64,000 nt of DNA, from assembly GCA_964016885.1 (NCBI GenBank), contig CAXHJY010001504.1, positions 1 to 64,000 of the forward strand. The letters are read 5' to 3'. A model generated the notes under the pieces. The model did not search any database and was not told the origin of the DNA. It saw only the letters and a program-made list of their open reading frames with translations. Shown here piece by piece: positions 27,335-41,450 of the stretch. Made by a program: the position numbers and the translations under genes. This stretch comes from Eledone cirrhosa. Lineage: Eukaryota. The stretch's first letter is position 1. The number at the start of each line of letters is the position of its first letter.

Positions 27335-27748
27335 TTACTGCTACTTTATTTTATCGACCCCGTAAGGATGAAAGGCTTCTCATATTTCAGCACAAGTCCA
27401 ACAATTTGGGGAGGAACGGGAACGTCAATTGTGTCACCATTATTTTTGGCAGTATCGGTAGAGGGTCAGGCACCATGCTTTCCAGCATAGAGTTACGTCC
27501 CTTTACAGTTTGAGTTCAAATCCCGTCGAGGTTAACTTTGCCTTTCATCCTTACGGGAGTCGATAAAATAAAGTACCAGTAATGCACTGGGGTAATTGCT
27601 GGCCTTGTGCCAAAAGTAGATCCAATTATTTCATTGACCTCGGAAAGACGGCAGGCAAGGTCGACCGTGGCCGGGTTTGAATTCAGAATGTAATAAACGG
27701 TAACTAAATATCGCAAATTGTTTTGTCCGACGCTCTAACGGTTCTGAC
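27335..27748. mobile_element. SINE cluster (- fragment; + full copy 27447-27630; - diverged copy 27635-27748)
   Basis: A/B boxes and core matches. Confidence 0.8.
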
Positions 27749-27976
27749 ATAACTATAGATTAAACAGAGAAACGGAATAAGAAAACAACAACAACAACAA
27801 CAAAAACAATAAGTATTTCACTGAAAAGCCATTGCTATGCTGTTTGAATGAACCTCGAAGATACATTCTTGTGAAGCGAATACTTTAACACTGCTGTAGA
27901 CATGTGTGTGCTTACACACAAACACACACACATATATATATATATATATACATATATATATCTCTATATATATATA

Positions 27977-28009
<33 letters not shown>

Positions 28010-28020
28010 ATATATATATA

Positions 28021-28051
<31 letters not shown>

Positions 28052-28081
28052 GATTATACTTTTCTTGGTGCACTACTTGCT

Positions 28082-28130
<49 letters not shown>

Positions 28131-28218
28131 TATTCAAAATATTAATAAATGAAGACCTTCACATTATATATATATATAAAGATATATTTATATTTGTATA
28201 TGTATATATATGTATATG

Positions 28219-28545
<327 letters not shown>

Positions 28546-28866
28546 GCATGTATGTATTATGTATGTACATATAAACACGCATATACACGCATACACACAC
28601 ATAGCTACATATATAATAGATACATATTTTCCAGTTTAGTTAAGCACATACAAGGAGAGTCGCTCAGTTTCTCAGTCTCTCAGTTTTCTATAGAACCATG
28701 TCATAGAGCGGATTCTGTTGGTACATATTGAAGAATATATTAATTTCCTACTTCCTATTTTGAAATATGTAGCATGATTTCGTTAAGAAATATAACATCA
28801 CAGACTATGTTGCAATGGGCGTCTTTTTAACTTTCTTTCTTTCATCGCCGGTTTCTGTAAATTAAC

Positions 28867-28897
<31 letters not shown>

Positions 28898-29446
28898 GAA
28901 ATATGCTCACACGCATATAGATATACACACGCACACATACACACAGACACATACATACACACACACACACACATACACAGACACACACACACAAACACAC
29001 ACACACAGCAATATGCTCACACGCATATAGATATACACACGCACACATACACACACATACACATACATACACACACACACACACATACACTCGCACACAT
29101 CACACATGTTTATACACATCACATTCACGCACATGTTAAACAAACACACACATATATCTTGTAAGAGAATTACCGTATGGGTGCTCGTGTTTGTGGAAAA
29201 CTCAGCCATTTGCATGTTAATATTCACGAGCTGGCTGTTTCGAAGATGAAACAGCTGAATGAGTCGTCGTCGGAACCGACGGAGGTCCAATACATAGCCT
29301 AAATGTCTGTACGGTTTCAACTCGTGAAATTTCCAAGTTTTTAAACTCCTTTTACTTCGGTTTCGTTCATTCTGAGCATTCCACTGGAATTTTGTTTAAC
29401 CTGATCTCAAGTTTATATTTTGTAGTCACAACTGTTTATAATCTAA

Positions 29447-29910
29447 CGGACATAGCATGATCATTTTCTCGTTCCGCAGTGGTAAACCCCTCGTCTAGGA
29501 TGTCGTCACATACAGCAACACATTCTCCAGCGGCACCATGGTGTAGTCTGCTGCATTTCGGGCTGAAGAGGGCAAACTCTCCAAGTATCGATCACTCTTC
29601 GACAGGTTAGCTGTCGAGCCCCTAGCAGTGGAGACTTCTCGTGTCCTTCGCCCTAGGGCTACCTCCATACTCACCACCATAGGCGAAGAGCTGGCTAGCC
29701 TAGCCGCAGGTGTGAGCCTAGCGAGATGGAATGGCTCTTTCAAAGCATCTCCTTCACCATCCTCCGGGCAAATGCCTTCTCCATTCTGTCCGCCAGGGTC
29801 GTGGTGCGGCCAGCACGCGGGACTCCATTTTCTCATAATAGTGAAAGATGGGGGAGGGCCAGAGAGATGGAGGCGATGACGGTGGGAGTTCGGCTCCTCT
29901 GTATTCAAAC
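29447..29910 (+). mobile_element. Second, longer CRE-clade 3' relic
   Basis: GKPLV*DV..AAFRAEEGKLSKYRSLFDRLAVEPLAVETS..EMEWLFQSISFTILRANAFSILS, with stops and a frameshift. Confidence 0.8.
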
Positions 29911-31018
29911 CTGGTGTACGCGTGTGTGTTTGCTTCTATTCATTCGATATGACACACATATTGAGAAGTAATTTAAACAAAGTTACTAGCAACAAGAGAA
30001 TAAGATTGCATCTGTTGTTATGTAGTAAATTCTAAAAAATGTCATTATATAAAGTTTGTATATAGTTAGGTTCTAGTAAGATACGATTAACTTCATATTA
30101 GTGGTGCAGCGAAAACTTACTTTACGTTAATGTTTGTCGAACACTTTCCTAGATCAATGTGGTTTGTTAATTCAAATGTTCATAGTATCTGTATTAGTGA
30201 GCAGATCATTGTGAACATTTTCTGTAAACTAAAGTAAATACTTAATTTTTAATGTGGTAAAGTCATAGTACAAATGAGAAATTATATTTATGGAATATAT
30301 CATGTAAATACAGATTCTTGGATCAATGGCTTGCGAGGAAGTGCTAATCTATTAGAACAAGAAAGGTTTTGGTTATGCTTATCTTAAGATTTTGTGAGTA
30401 CGACAACGACGACGACCACCACCACCACCACTGACTCACCACCAGCACCACCAGCACCACCAGCACCAGCACCACCACCGACTCACTACCACCACCACCA
30501 CCACCACCATCACAGACTCACCACCACCACCACCACCAACAACAACAACTCACAAGCACCAGCATCACCACCACCACCACCAACTAATCACCTCCGCCAC
30601 CACCACCACCACCACCACCACCACCAACAACAACAACAGCGCCCTCCTCCTCCACTTACAACCAAACATGAACAAGAATGTTTAATAAGTCAGCCATTTC
30701 TCAAAGAGTATTGTCGTCTGCTGGTCGGTGGCTGGTCGGTTTGTCTGTCGGTCGGTTGGTTACCTGGCTGGATGGTAGGTTGGGTGGCTGGTTGATAGAA
30801 TGAAAAATCTATGAAAGATATTCTTTGCTTTTTAAGTAACTTTAATTAAAAGTAATCACGACCAAATAGAAGAAAACGAAAAGAAAAACAAAATCCATAT
30901 ATATATACATGTAATTATGTATATATATACATAATTACATGTATATATATATATATGGATTTTGTTTTTATATAGTGTGTGAGTGTATATATATAAAGTA
31001 CATATATATATACACATG

Positions 31019-31060
<42 letters not shown>

Positions 31061-31214
31061 TGTGTGTATATATATATACAATAACGCGGAAGTAGAAGCG
31101 GAATCGCATCGTTATATGTGCGTATGTGCATGCGCGTTGGAAATCATACACATATACACACATACATGCTGAGGCGAATGTATATATTTTTGCGCATATA
31201 TATATATAAAGTAT

Positions 31215-31252
<38 letters not shown>

Positions 31253-31399
31253 AACTACTCAGGTCCTTATTGTAAGATATATTTGAAAATATGCTAAATA
31301 TTTTAATATTTAGGCGCGACGTACACACTCCACTATAAATATATGTATATATACGTATATATATATATACAAATATATATATGTGTATATATATGAACA

Positions 31400-31464
<65 letters not shown>

Positions 31465-31967
31465 ATTCATATGAACTCATTTACACTTTCAATGTACGTA
31501 ATAAATATTTAATATTATAGCACACAACTCCATGTTCACCAATACATATACTTTACCACACCCATTCAAATACATGAAATGCCTGCACACATACACACAC
31601 AGAAATTATAGATATTTCTACACGAAGTGTCTTTGCACGAAGTCATCCAAGCAAAGGAATATGAACACACAATGCCATTACAATCCATAGATTCATACAA
31701 TCACATCTTCACTCATACAAGCATGCATATATCATTATGTAGCCATTTTTATAGACACACATATATATATATATATATATACACATAGGTACATATATAG
31801 GCATATGCATGCATAGATATATGTGATAAATTGTACTTACACACACACACACTAACGTGCACGCATTAGTATACATATACATAAGCACATTGGCACATAC
31901 ATATACATACATACACACACACATATACATATATATATGCATAGATATATATATATATGTCTATATT

Positions 31968-32025
<58 letters not shown>

Positions 32026-32089
32026 TATATATATATATGTCTATATATATATATATATGTGTACATACATATACATATATATATATATA

Positions 32090-32125
<36 letters not shown>

Positions 32126-32137
32126 CATACATATATA

Positions 32138-32196
<59 letters not shown>

Positions 32197-32219
32197 GTAC
32201 ATACATACATATATATATA

Positions 32220-32271
<52 letters not shown>

Positions 32272-32275
<4 letters not shown>

Positions 32276-32688
32276 AGAGTATTGAAGTTTGCTTGAAGCA
32301 TTGTGGAATAATAAGTAAATATCTTTAAGTCGTTTGGAAGCCTCGACAGTGCAAATGGGTAAATCTCCGGGTAACAAGATCCGGTGGTGGAGAGAGAGAT
32401 GTAAGTGGGTGTACGTTGAGATGCGTGGTGTGTATAAGACGTGTAGAAGAATGAAGGAAGGAGTATAAAGGATAAAATAAAAATAACAACACAAGAGAGA
32501 GTTACCTTGGGAGAGATTTCATTGTCCCTATATATTTCGGATTCACATCCATCAACTGGGGGTTCTTTCCGGGGTGGGGGAAAGGTTGTCTGTCGGAAAG
32601 GTGCGAAACGCGTCCTCCACTGTTTGTTGTTTTGAATATCAAAAACCCCCAGTTGATGGATGTCAATCCGAAATATATAGGGACAATT
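32272..32688 (-). mobile_element. Family G PLE-like element (- long arm 32272-32600; + short arm 32643-32688)
   Basis: Homologous to 53739-54036; abuts (TA)n. Confidence 0.7.
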
Positions 32689-32754
32689 ACAGTACAGCAG
32701 ATTTCTTCCGGAGAGAGATAGAAAGTGAGAGATATGAAATGAGAAAGAGATATC

Positions 32755-32876
32755 GATCCCGAAAGGATAGAAGGCAAAGTTGACCTTGGAGGGATTTGAA
32801 CTCAGAGAGCAGAGAGCTGGAACGCATATCCTAAAGTATTATACCCAACGTTCTAACGACTCTGCCAATTCGCCGG
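32755..32876 (-). mobile_element. SINE family 1-related diverged copy; paralog at 33745-33888
   Basis: GGCAAAGTTGACC..GGATTTGAACTCAG..GCCAATTCGCC. Confidence 0.7.
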
Positions 32877-32880
32877 CTAT

Positions 32881-33722
32881 AAAGTGTGAGAGAGATATGG
32901 AGTGAGGAAGAGATATAGAGGAAAAATGGACTCCAGGATTAGACCGTATTGACAAACAGGCGTTTGTTGGGCATTTTAAGTTTGGCGGAGTCCATCCCTT
33001 TCCAGGACTGAATACAGCAGATTTCCCCCAGAGAAAGATACAAAGTGTGAGAGAGATATGGAGTGAGGAAGAGATATAGAATAAGAATGGACTCCAGGAT
33101 TAGACCGTATTGACAAACGGCGTTTGTTGGGCATTTTAAGTCTGGTGGAGTCCATCCCTTTCCAGGACTGAATACAGCAGATTTCCTCCAGAGAAAGATA
33201 CAAAGTGTGAGAGAGATATGAAGTGAGGAAGAGATATAGAATAAGAATGGACTCCAGGATTAGACCGTATTGACAAACGGCGTTTGTTGGGCATTTTAAG
33301 TCTGGCGGAGTCCATCCCTTTCCAGGACTGAATACAGCAGATTTCCTCCAGAGAAAGATACAAAGTGTGAGAGAGATATGGAGTGAGGAAGAGATATAGA
33401 GTAAAAATGGACTCCAGGATTAGACCGTATTGACAAACGGCGTTTGTTGGGCATTTTAAGTTTGGCAGAGTCCATCCCTTTCCAGGCCTGGGTACAGCAG
33501 ATTTCCTCCAGAGAAAGATACAAAGTGTAAGAGAGATATGGAGTGCAGAAGAGATATAGAGGAAGAGGGGAAGAATCAACTCCAGTATTAGACCGTATTG
33601 ACAAACGCCGTTTCTTGGGCATTTTAAGTCAGGCTGCGCGCTTTCCTCTCCAGGCCTGAGTAGAGCAGATTTCTTCCGGAAAAAGCTACAAAATGAGAGA
33701 GAGAAGAAATGCGAAAGAGACA
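32881..33722 (+). repeat. 160-bp tandem satellite, about 5.2 units, each with a hairpin
   Basis: Unit starts at 32881, 33042, 33202, 33362 and 33522. Confidence 0.95.
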
Positions 33723-34053
33723 CAGATGAAGATTCTACCCTAGTACACGTCTGGTACTTTTTTCATCGACCTCGAAAGAACGAAAGCAAAGTTGACCCCG
33801 AGAGGATTTGAATTCAGAGAGCAGTGAGGTGGAATGAATAGGATAAAGCATTATAACCAACGTTCTAATGGCTCTACCAATTCGCCGCCATGTATCTATC
33901 AATCCTTGTATTTAAACTGTAAAATAGTGCAGAGATTCACTCTCTTCCTTACTTTCTCCAGAACCAATAATTATTGAAACTTTCTTATCTCTATGTAATT
34001 TACACATAGTGTCACTGACAACAATCCTGCCGCAATTTCTTTATTGCAATGAT

Positions 34054-34099
<46 letters not shown>

Positions 34100-34117
34100 G
34101 GTATATATTTATATATG

Positions 34118-34203
<86 letters not shown>

Positions 34204-34541
34204 TGTATGTATATATATGTATATGTAAGTATGTATGTATATATATGTATATGTATGTATGTATATATATTTATATGTATGTATGTATATATATGTATTT
34301 GTATGTATATATATATGTATATATATGTATGTATATATATATATATGTGTGTATATATGTATATATATATGTGTGTATATATATATGTATATATATATAT
34401 GCATGTGTATATATATATGTATGTGTATATATATATGTATGTGTATATATATGTATATATATATATGCATGTGTATATATATATGTATGTGTATATATAT
34501 ATGTATGTGTATATATATGTATGTGTATATATATATGTATG

Positions 34542-34616
<75 letters not shown>

Positions 34617-34992
34617 TTATATATATATGTATATATATATATATATATAAAATTTTATATATATATTATATATATATATATAAAATTTTATATATATATT
34701 ATATATATATATATAAAATTATATATATATATATATAAAATGTTATATATATATTATATATATATATATATATTATATATATTATATAAATATATATATA
34801 TCATATATATATATTATATATATTATATGCATATATATATATATTATATATATATATATAACATTTTATATATATATATATATAACATTTTATATATATA
34901 TATTATATATATATATATTATATATATTATATATATATATATATTATATATATATACATATAATTTTATATATATATAAAATTATATATATA

Positions 34993-35065
<73 letters not shown>

Positions 35066-35111
35066 ATATAAAATTATGCACACATACATACACGCAGGCA
35101 AATACTTATAT

Positions 35112-35155
<44 letters not shown>

Positions 35156-35637
35156 TATTGATAACGAGATAACGAGATAGCAGACTATCAGTTATTAAGC
35201 GAATGCGCTTCCCCAGAATAATAATACAAACTGTTGTCATTGTTGTTGCTGTCTTCGTCATCATTCTCGTCGTCATCGTCATCGTTGTTGTTGTTGTTTG
35301 TTGCACGTCGTCGTTTTTGTGGTCTTTGTGCGTATCGTAAGTCTTTTATTGAATGCGTCAAACTAATTATCTCCGACACAGCTCTCTTTGGCGCAGATGA
35401 ATGGCAAGATGCATTATAAGACAATGAATCCCGCTGACTACTTATTTTTGCTTATAGTTTCTAGTTTATAGTTTATTATATATACAAAGATAGATTAGGA
35501 ACAAAGATAGAATCGTAGGAATAAACTATCATCCATCTTTGTTATGCATGTAGGTATGTATGGGTGGATGTATACATGCATATATTGGTTCGTATGTTTA
35601 CACAAATGCGTGTAAGTATGTATGTATATATATACCG

Positions 35638-35692
<55 letters not shown>

Positions 35693-35734
35693 AACATGTA
35701 CATCATTTATATCTATCTATATATAAATATATCC

Positions 35735-35843
<109 letters not shown>

Positions 35844-35884
35844 CATACATATATATACATATATGTATATGTACATAACACACA

Positions 35885-35928
<44 letters not shown>

Positions 35929-36090
35929 TTGTGTATATATATATTTATACATATATATATACATATACAATATCTATATGTACATACTCACATATATATA
36001 TATGTATTTATATATATACACACACACACACATATATATATATTTATATATGTATATATTTATATATACATATATACATATATGTATATA

Positions 36091-36130
<40 letters not shown>

Positions 36131-36355
36131 CATATATTTACACACACACACACCCATATATATATATATACATATATATATACATATATATACATACATA
36201 TATAAAGATACATATATACATGTACATATGTGTGTGTGAGTGTGAATGTACGCACTCTTGTGTGTATGTAGGTTGCATATTCTTTTGAATATGCGTATTT
36301 GAACGCATCTGTATACATGATTACACACATATCTACATATCTCTCTCTGTCTCTC

Positions 36356-36400
<45 letters not shown>

Positions 36401-36434
36401 ATATATATGTATATACAGTATATGCATATATATA

Positions 36435-36494
<60 letters not shown>

Positions 36495-36715
36495 GTATAT
36501 ATATCTGTATATATATATGTATATATATATATGTATATGTATATATATAGGTATATATATATAAATGTATATGTATATATATATGTATATATATACATAT
36601 ACATATATATATATATACCTTTCATTTATATATATGTATATATATATATGTATATGTATATATATATGTATATATATATATATATAAATATATATATATG
36701 TATATATATATGTAT

Positions 36716-36755
<40 letters not shown>

Positions 36756-36834
36756 GCGTATATATATATGTATATGTATATATATATATATGCATATATA
36801 TATATATATATATATTTATTTATAAATGTATATG

Positions 36835-36909
<75 letters not shown>

Positions 36910-36912
36910 TTG

Positions 36913-36965
<53 letters not shown>

Positions 36966-37008
36966 GTATATATATATGCATATATATATATGTATATGTA
37001 TATATATA

Positions 37009-37078
<70 letters not shown>

Positions 37079-37202
37079 TATCACCCAACTTTTCTCAATA
37101 GACGCACACCTACTGCCGCACACACACACATATATCAACACAAGAGAATTTCCAGTCGCAAGTAAAAGAGAACTCAATACATTTTGTAGAGTGTATAGTT
37201 GA

Positions 37203-37362
37203 TTCTACTTTTGGCACAAGGCCAGGAGTTACACCAGTGCATTACAGGTACTTTATTTTATCGACCGCGTAAAGATGAAATGCAAAGTTAACCTCTGCAG
37301 GATTTGAACTCAGAACGTAAAGGGCCGTAACTCAATGCCGCAATCCAGGGTGTCAGACGCTG
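37203..37362 (-). mobile_element. SINE family 1 copy
   Basis: Reverse complement of the tail, core and B-box. Confidence 0.85.
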
Positions 37363-37434
37363 ACATGCGATCATGAAGGAAACTCGAGCCCTAGCGAGAC
37401 GGCTGTATGGTTTTCTGCTTGAAAAACTTGATTG

Positions 37435-38105
37435 TGATGAGTTGATGATGGTGATGGTGATGGTGTTGGTGATGGTGGTGGTGTTGGTGGTGGTGGTGGT
37501 GGGGATGATGATGGAGGTGGGGGTGGGGGGAGGGATAATAGTGGCGACGATGATGATGATCGTGGTGATGGTGATGATGATGTTGGTGATGAGGATGATG
37601 TCGATGAAGATAGTGGTGTTGGTGATAATGGTGACGACAATGATGATGATGATGATGATGATAGTGGTGGTGGCGATGGGGGGTAATGATGATGGTGGCG
37701 ATGAGGATAATGGTGACGATGATGATGATGATAGTGGTGGTGGGGATGGTGCTGATGATGGTGGTGATGATGACGGTGATGGCGATGATGATGGTGATGA
37801 TGGTGGTGATGATGTTGGCGATGATGGTGATGATGATGGTGGTGGTGATGGTGGTGATGATGGTGATGGTGGTGGTGATGATGTTGGTGATGATGGTGAT
37901 GATGGTGGTGACGATGGTGGTGGTGATGGTGATGGTGGTGATGGTGATGATGGGGTGATAATGATGATGATGATGATGATGACTGCTGTTGATGTTATTA
38001 TTGCAGTTGTTACTGTTGCTGTTGTTGTTGTTGTTGTTGTCATTGTTGTTATTGTTGTTGTTGTTGTTGTTGTTGCTATTTTTATTGTTGTTGTTGCTGT
38101 TTTTG
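37435..38105. repeat. (GAT/GGT/GTT)n low-complexity tract
   Basis: Visible directly in the sequence. Confidence 0.9.
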
Positions 38106-38175
38106 TTGAGCATCGCGGTTACATCTTTACGTGTGTGTGTGTGTGTATGTCTGTGTGTGTGTCTGTGTGTGCGTG

Positions 38176-38341
38176 AGTCGGTAGAGGGTCGGACGCCATG
38201 CATTCCAGCATAGAGTTACAGCCCTTTACGGTTGGAGTTCAAATCCCGCTGAGGTTAACTTTGCCTTTCATCCTTAAAATAAAGTACCAGTAATACACTG
38301 GATTAATTGCTGGCCTTGTGCCCAAAGTAGAAACAATTATT
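38176..38341 (+). mobile_element. SINE family 1 copy with a short core deletion
   Basis: TCGGTAGAGGGTCGGACGCC..GAGTTCAAATCC..CATCCTTA|AAATAAAG. Confidence 0.85.
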
Positions 38342-38369
38342 CAGATATATGTCTTCATGTGTGTGTTGT

Positions 38370-39015
38370 GTGTGTGTATTATTTATGTATATATGTCTAC
38401 GTATGTGTGTATGTGTGTGTGTGTGTGTGTACGTGAGTGTATTATTTATATATATATGTCTATGTATGTGTGTATGTGTGTGTGTGTGTGTACGTGAGTG
38501 TATTATATATATATATATGTCTATGTATGTGTGTATGTGTGTGTGTGTGTGTGTGTGTACGTGAGTGTATTATTTATATATATATGTCTATGTATGTGCG
38601 TATCTGTGTGTGTGTGTACGTGAGTGTATTATTTATATATATATGTCTATGTATGTGTGTATGTGTATGTGTGTGTGTGTGTACGTGAGTGCATTATTTA
38701 TATATATGTCTATGTTTGTGTGTATGTGTGTGTGTACGTGAGTGTATTATTTATATATATATATGTCTATATATGTGTGTGTGTGTGTGTACGTGAGTGT
38801 ATTATATATATATATATATGTCTATGTATGTGTGTATGTCTATGTATGTGTGTGTCTGTACGTGAGTGTATTATTTATATATATATGTCTATGTATGTGT
38901 GTGTGTGTACGTGAGTGTATTATTTATATATATATGTCTATGTATGTGTGTATGCGTATGTGTGTGTGTGTACGTGAGTGTATTATTTATATATATATAT
39001 ATGTCTATGTTTGTG
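38370..39015. repeat. About 50-62 bp minisatellite (GTACGTGAGTGTATTATTTA(TA)nGTCTATGTA(TG)n), about 11 copies
   Basis: Visible directly in the sequence. Confidence 0.9.
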
Positions 39016-39127
39016 TATATCGACGTACTAACGCGTGTATGTAATTCTTCTCTATGTATGTGTACGTGTCTCTTTTATCATTATTTCTCGTCAAAATCAT
39101 TAAATTTAATATCTATCTATCTATCTG

Positions 39128-39189
<62 letters not shown>

Positions 39190-39201
39190 AGTCAATCTGA
39201 A

Positions 39202-39278
<77 letters not shown>

Positions 39279-39373
39279 TTTCTCTCTCTGTGTGAATGTA
39301 TATATACACACACACACACATATATATATACATATACATATGTTTATAAGCATATATATATATTCATATATAT

Positions 39374-39428
<55 letters not shown>

Positions 39429-39487
39429 CGCATACATATATGTATATATATGTGTATATGTATGTGTATATATATATATATATTTAT

Positions 39488-39539
<52 letters not shown>

Positions 39540-39629
39540 GAAAGTGTAGAAATTATTGTGTCTTTTTGTAAATTACCTATCGCATTGCTTACACAGGCGC
39601 ACACACATATACACATCTTATAATATATG

Positions 39630-39688
<59 letters not shown>

Positions 39689-39697
39689 ATATCTATA

Positions 39698-39747
<50 letters not shown>

Positions 39748-39890
39748 TTATATTTATATATAGATATATAGATATATAGATACATATATTATATATATAT
39801 ATTTGCATATATATACATATATATATATATATACATATATATTATATATATATTTACATATATTATATATATATTTTTACAGACACACAC

Positions 39891-39963
<73 letters not shown>

Positions 39964-40199
39964 CACAAACATAAGTCTATCTCCTTGTTTATCTCCAGAG
40001 ATATCTATCAAATAATTTATTTATCTGTCCCTGCACCTTCATTCTCTCCATCACCACCACCACCATCCTTCATTGCACTGCTATTATCATACTGCTTTAT
40101 AAGACTTCCAACTGAAAGATTAAGATAACACTGCTATCTACCTACCTAACTCATTCACACACATTTATCTTCATACCTACCTACATACCTATACATATA

Positions 40200-40290
<91 letters not shown>

Positions 40291-40347
40291 TATCCTTACC
40301 TAACTTATATATTTATATAGACATAAGTTTATATATACCTGTGTGAC

Positions 40348-40434
<87 letters not shown>

Positions 40435-40565
40435 GTATATATATATGTATATTTATAGATAGATAGATATATGTGTGTATATAAATGTATATATATATAT
40501 ATATATATTTATGTATATATATAAGTATCTATATCTATATCTAAATATATCTACGCAAATGTTGA

Positions 40566-40603
40566 TATATACCTAAGATTCTTAAGTATGAGATTAACAT
40601 CTT

Positions 40604-40654
<51 letters not shown>

Positions 40655-40726
40655 CGTGTATATATATATATATATATATATATCGATAAGACGTTAATCT
40701 CGTACTTAAGAATCTTAGGTATATAT
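40566..40726. repeat. About 45-bp inverted repeat around (TA)n
   Basis: CCTAAGATTCTTAAGTATGAGATTAACATCTTATCGATA / TATCGATAAGACGTTAATCTCGTACTTAAGAATCTTAGG. Confidence 0.85.
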
Positions 40727-41024
40727 AGATACTTATATATATATACATAAATACATATATATATATTTATATACATTTATATATACACATATATCTATCT
40801 ATCTATAAATATACATATATATATACATATATATATACCACCAAAACCACAACTATCATCACAACCACTACAACTACCACCACAACTACCCCCCACAACT
40901 ACCACCACAACTACCACCAAAAGTACCACCACAACCACCACCACAACTACCACCACAGCCACCACAACTACCATCACAACTACCGCCGCAACCCCACAAT
41001 AACCACTACAACAACCATTCCGAC

Positions 41025-41439
<415 letters not shown>

Positions 41440-41450
<11 letters not shown>

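Noticed and set aside
29495-29908. 137-aa minus-strand ORF
   Set aside because: It is the antisense shadow of the plus-strand CRE relic.
32881-33722. Regularly spaced repeats that might be a CRISPR array
   Set aside because: Whole units repeat with no unique spacers, there are no cas genes, and the context is eukaryotic. The same applies to 57138-57793.
37373-38176. Gly/Asp-rich 267-aa ORF
   Set aside because: It is a (GAT/GGT)n low-complexity tract between two SINEs, with no splice or domain support.
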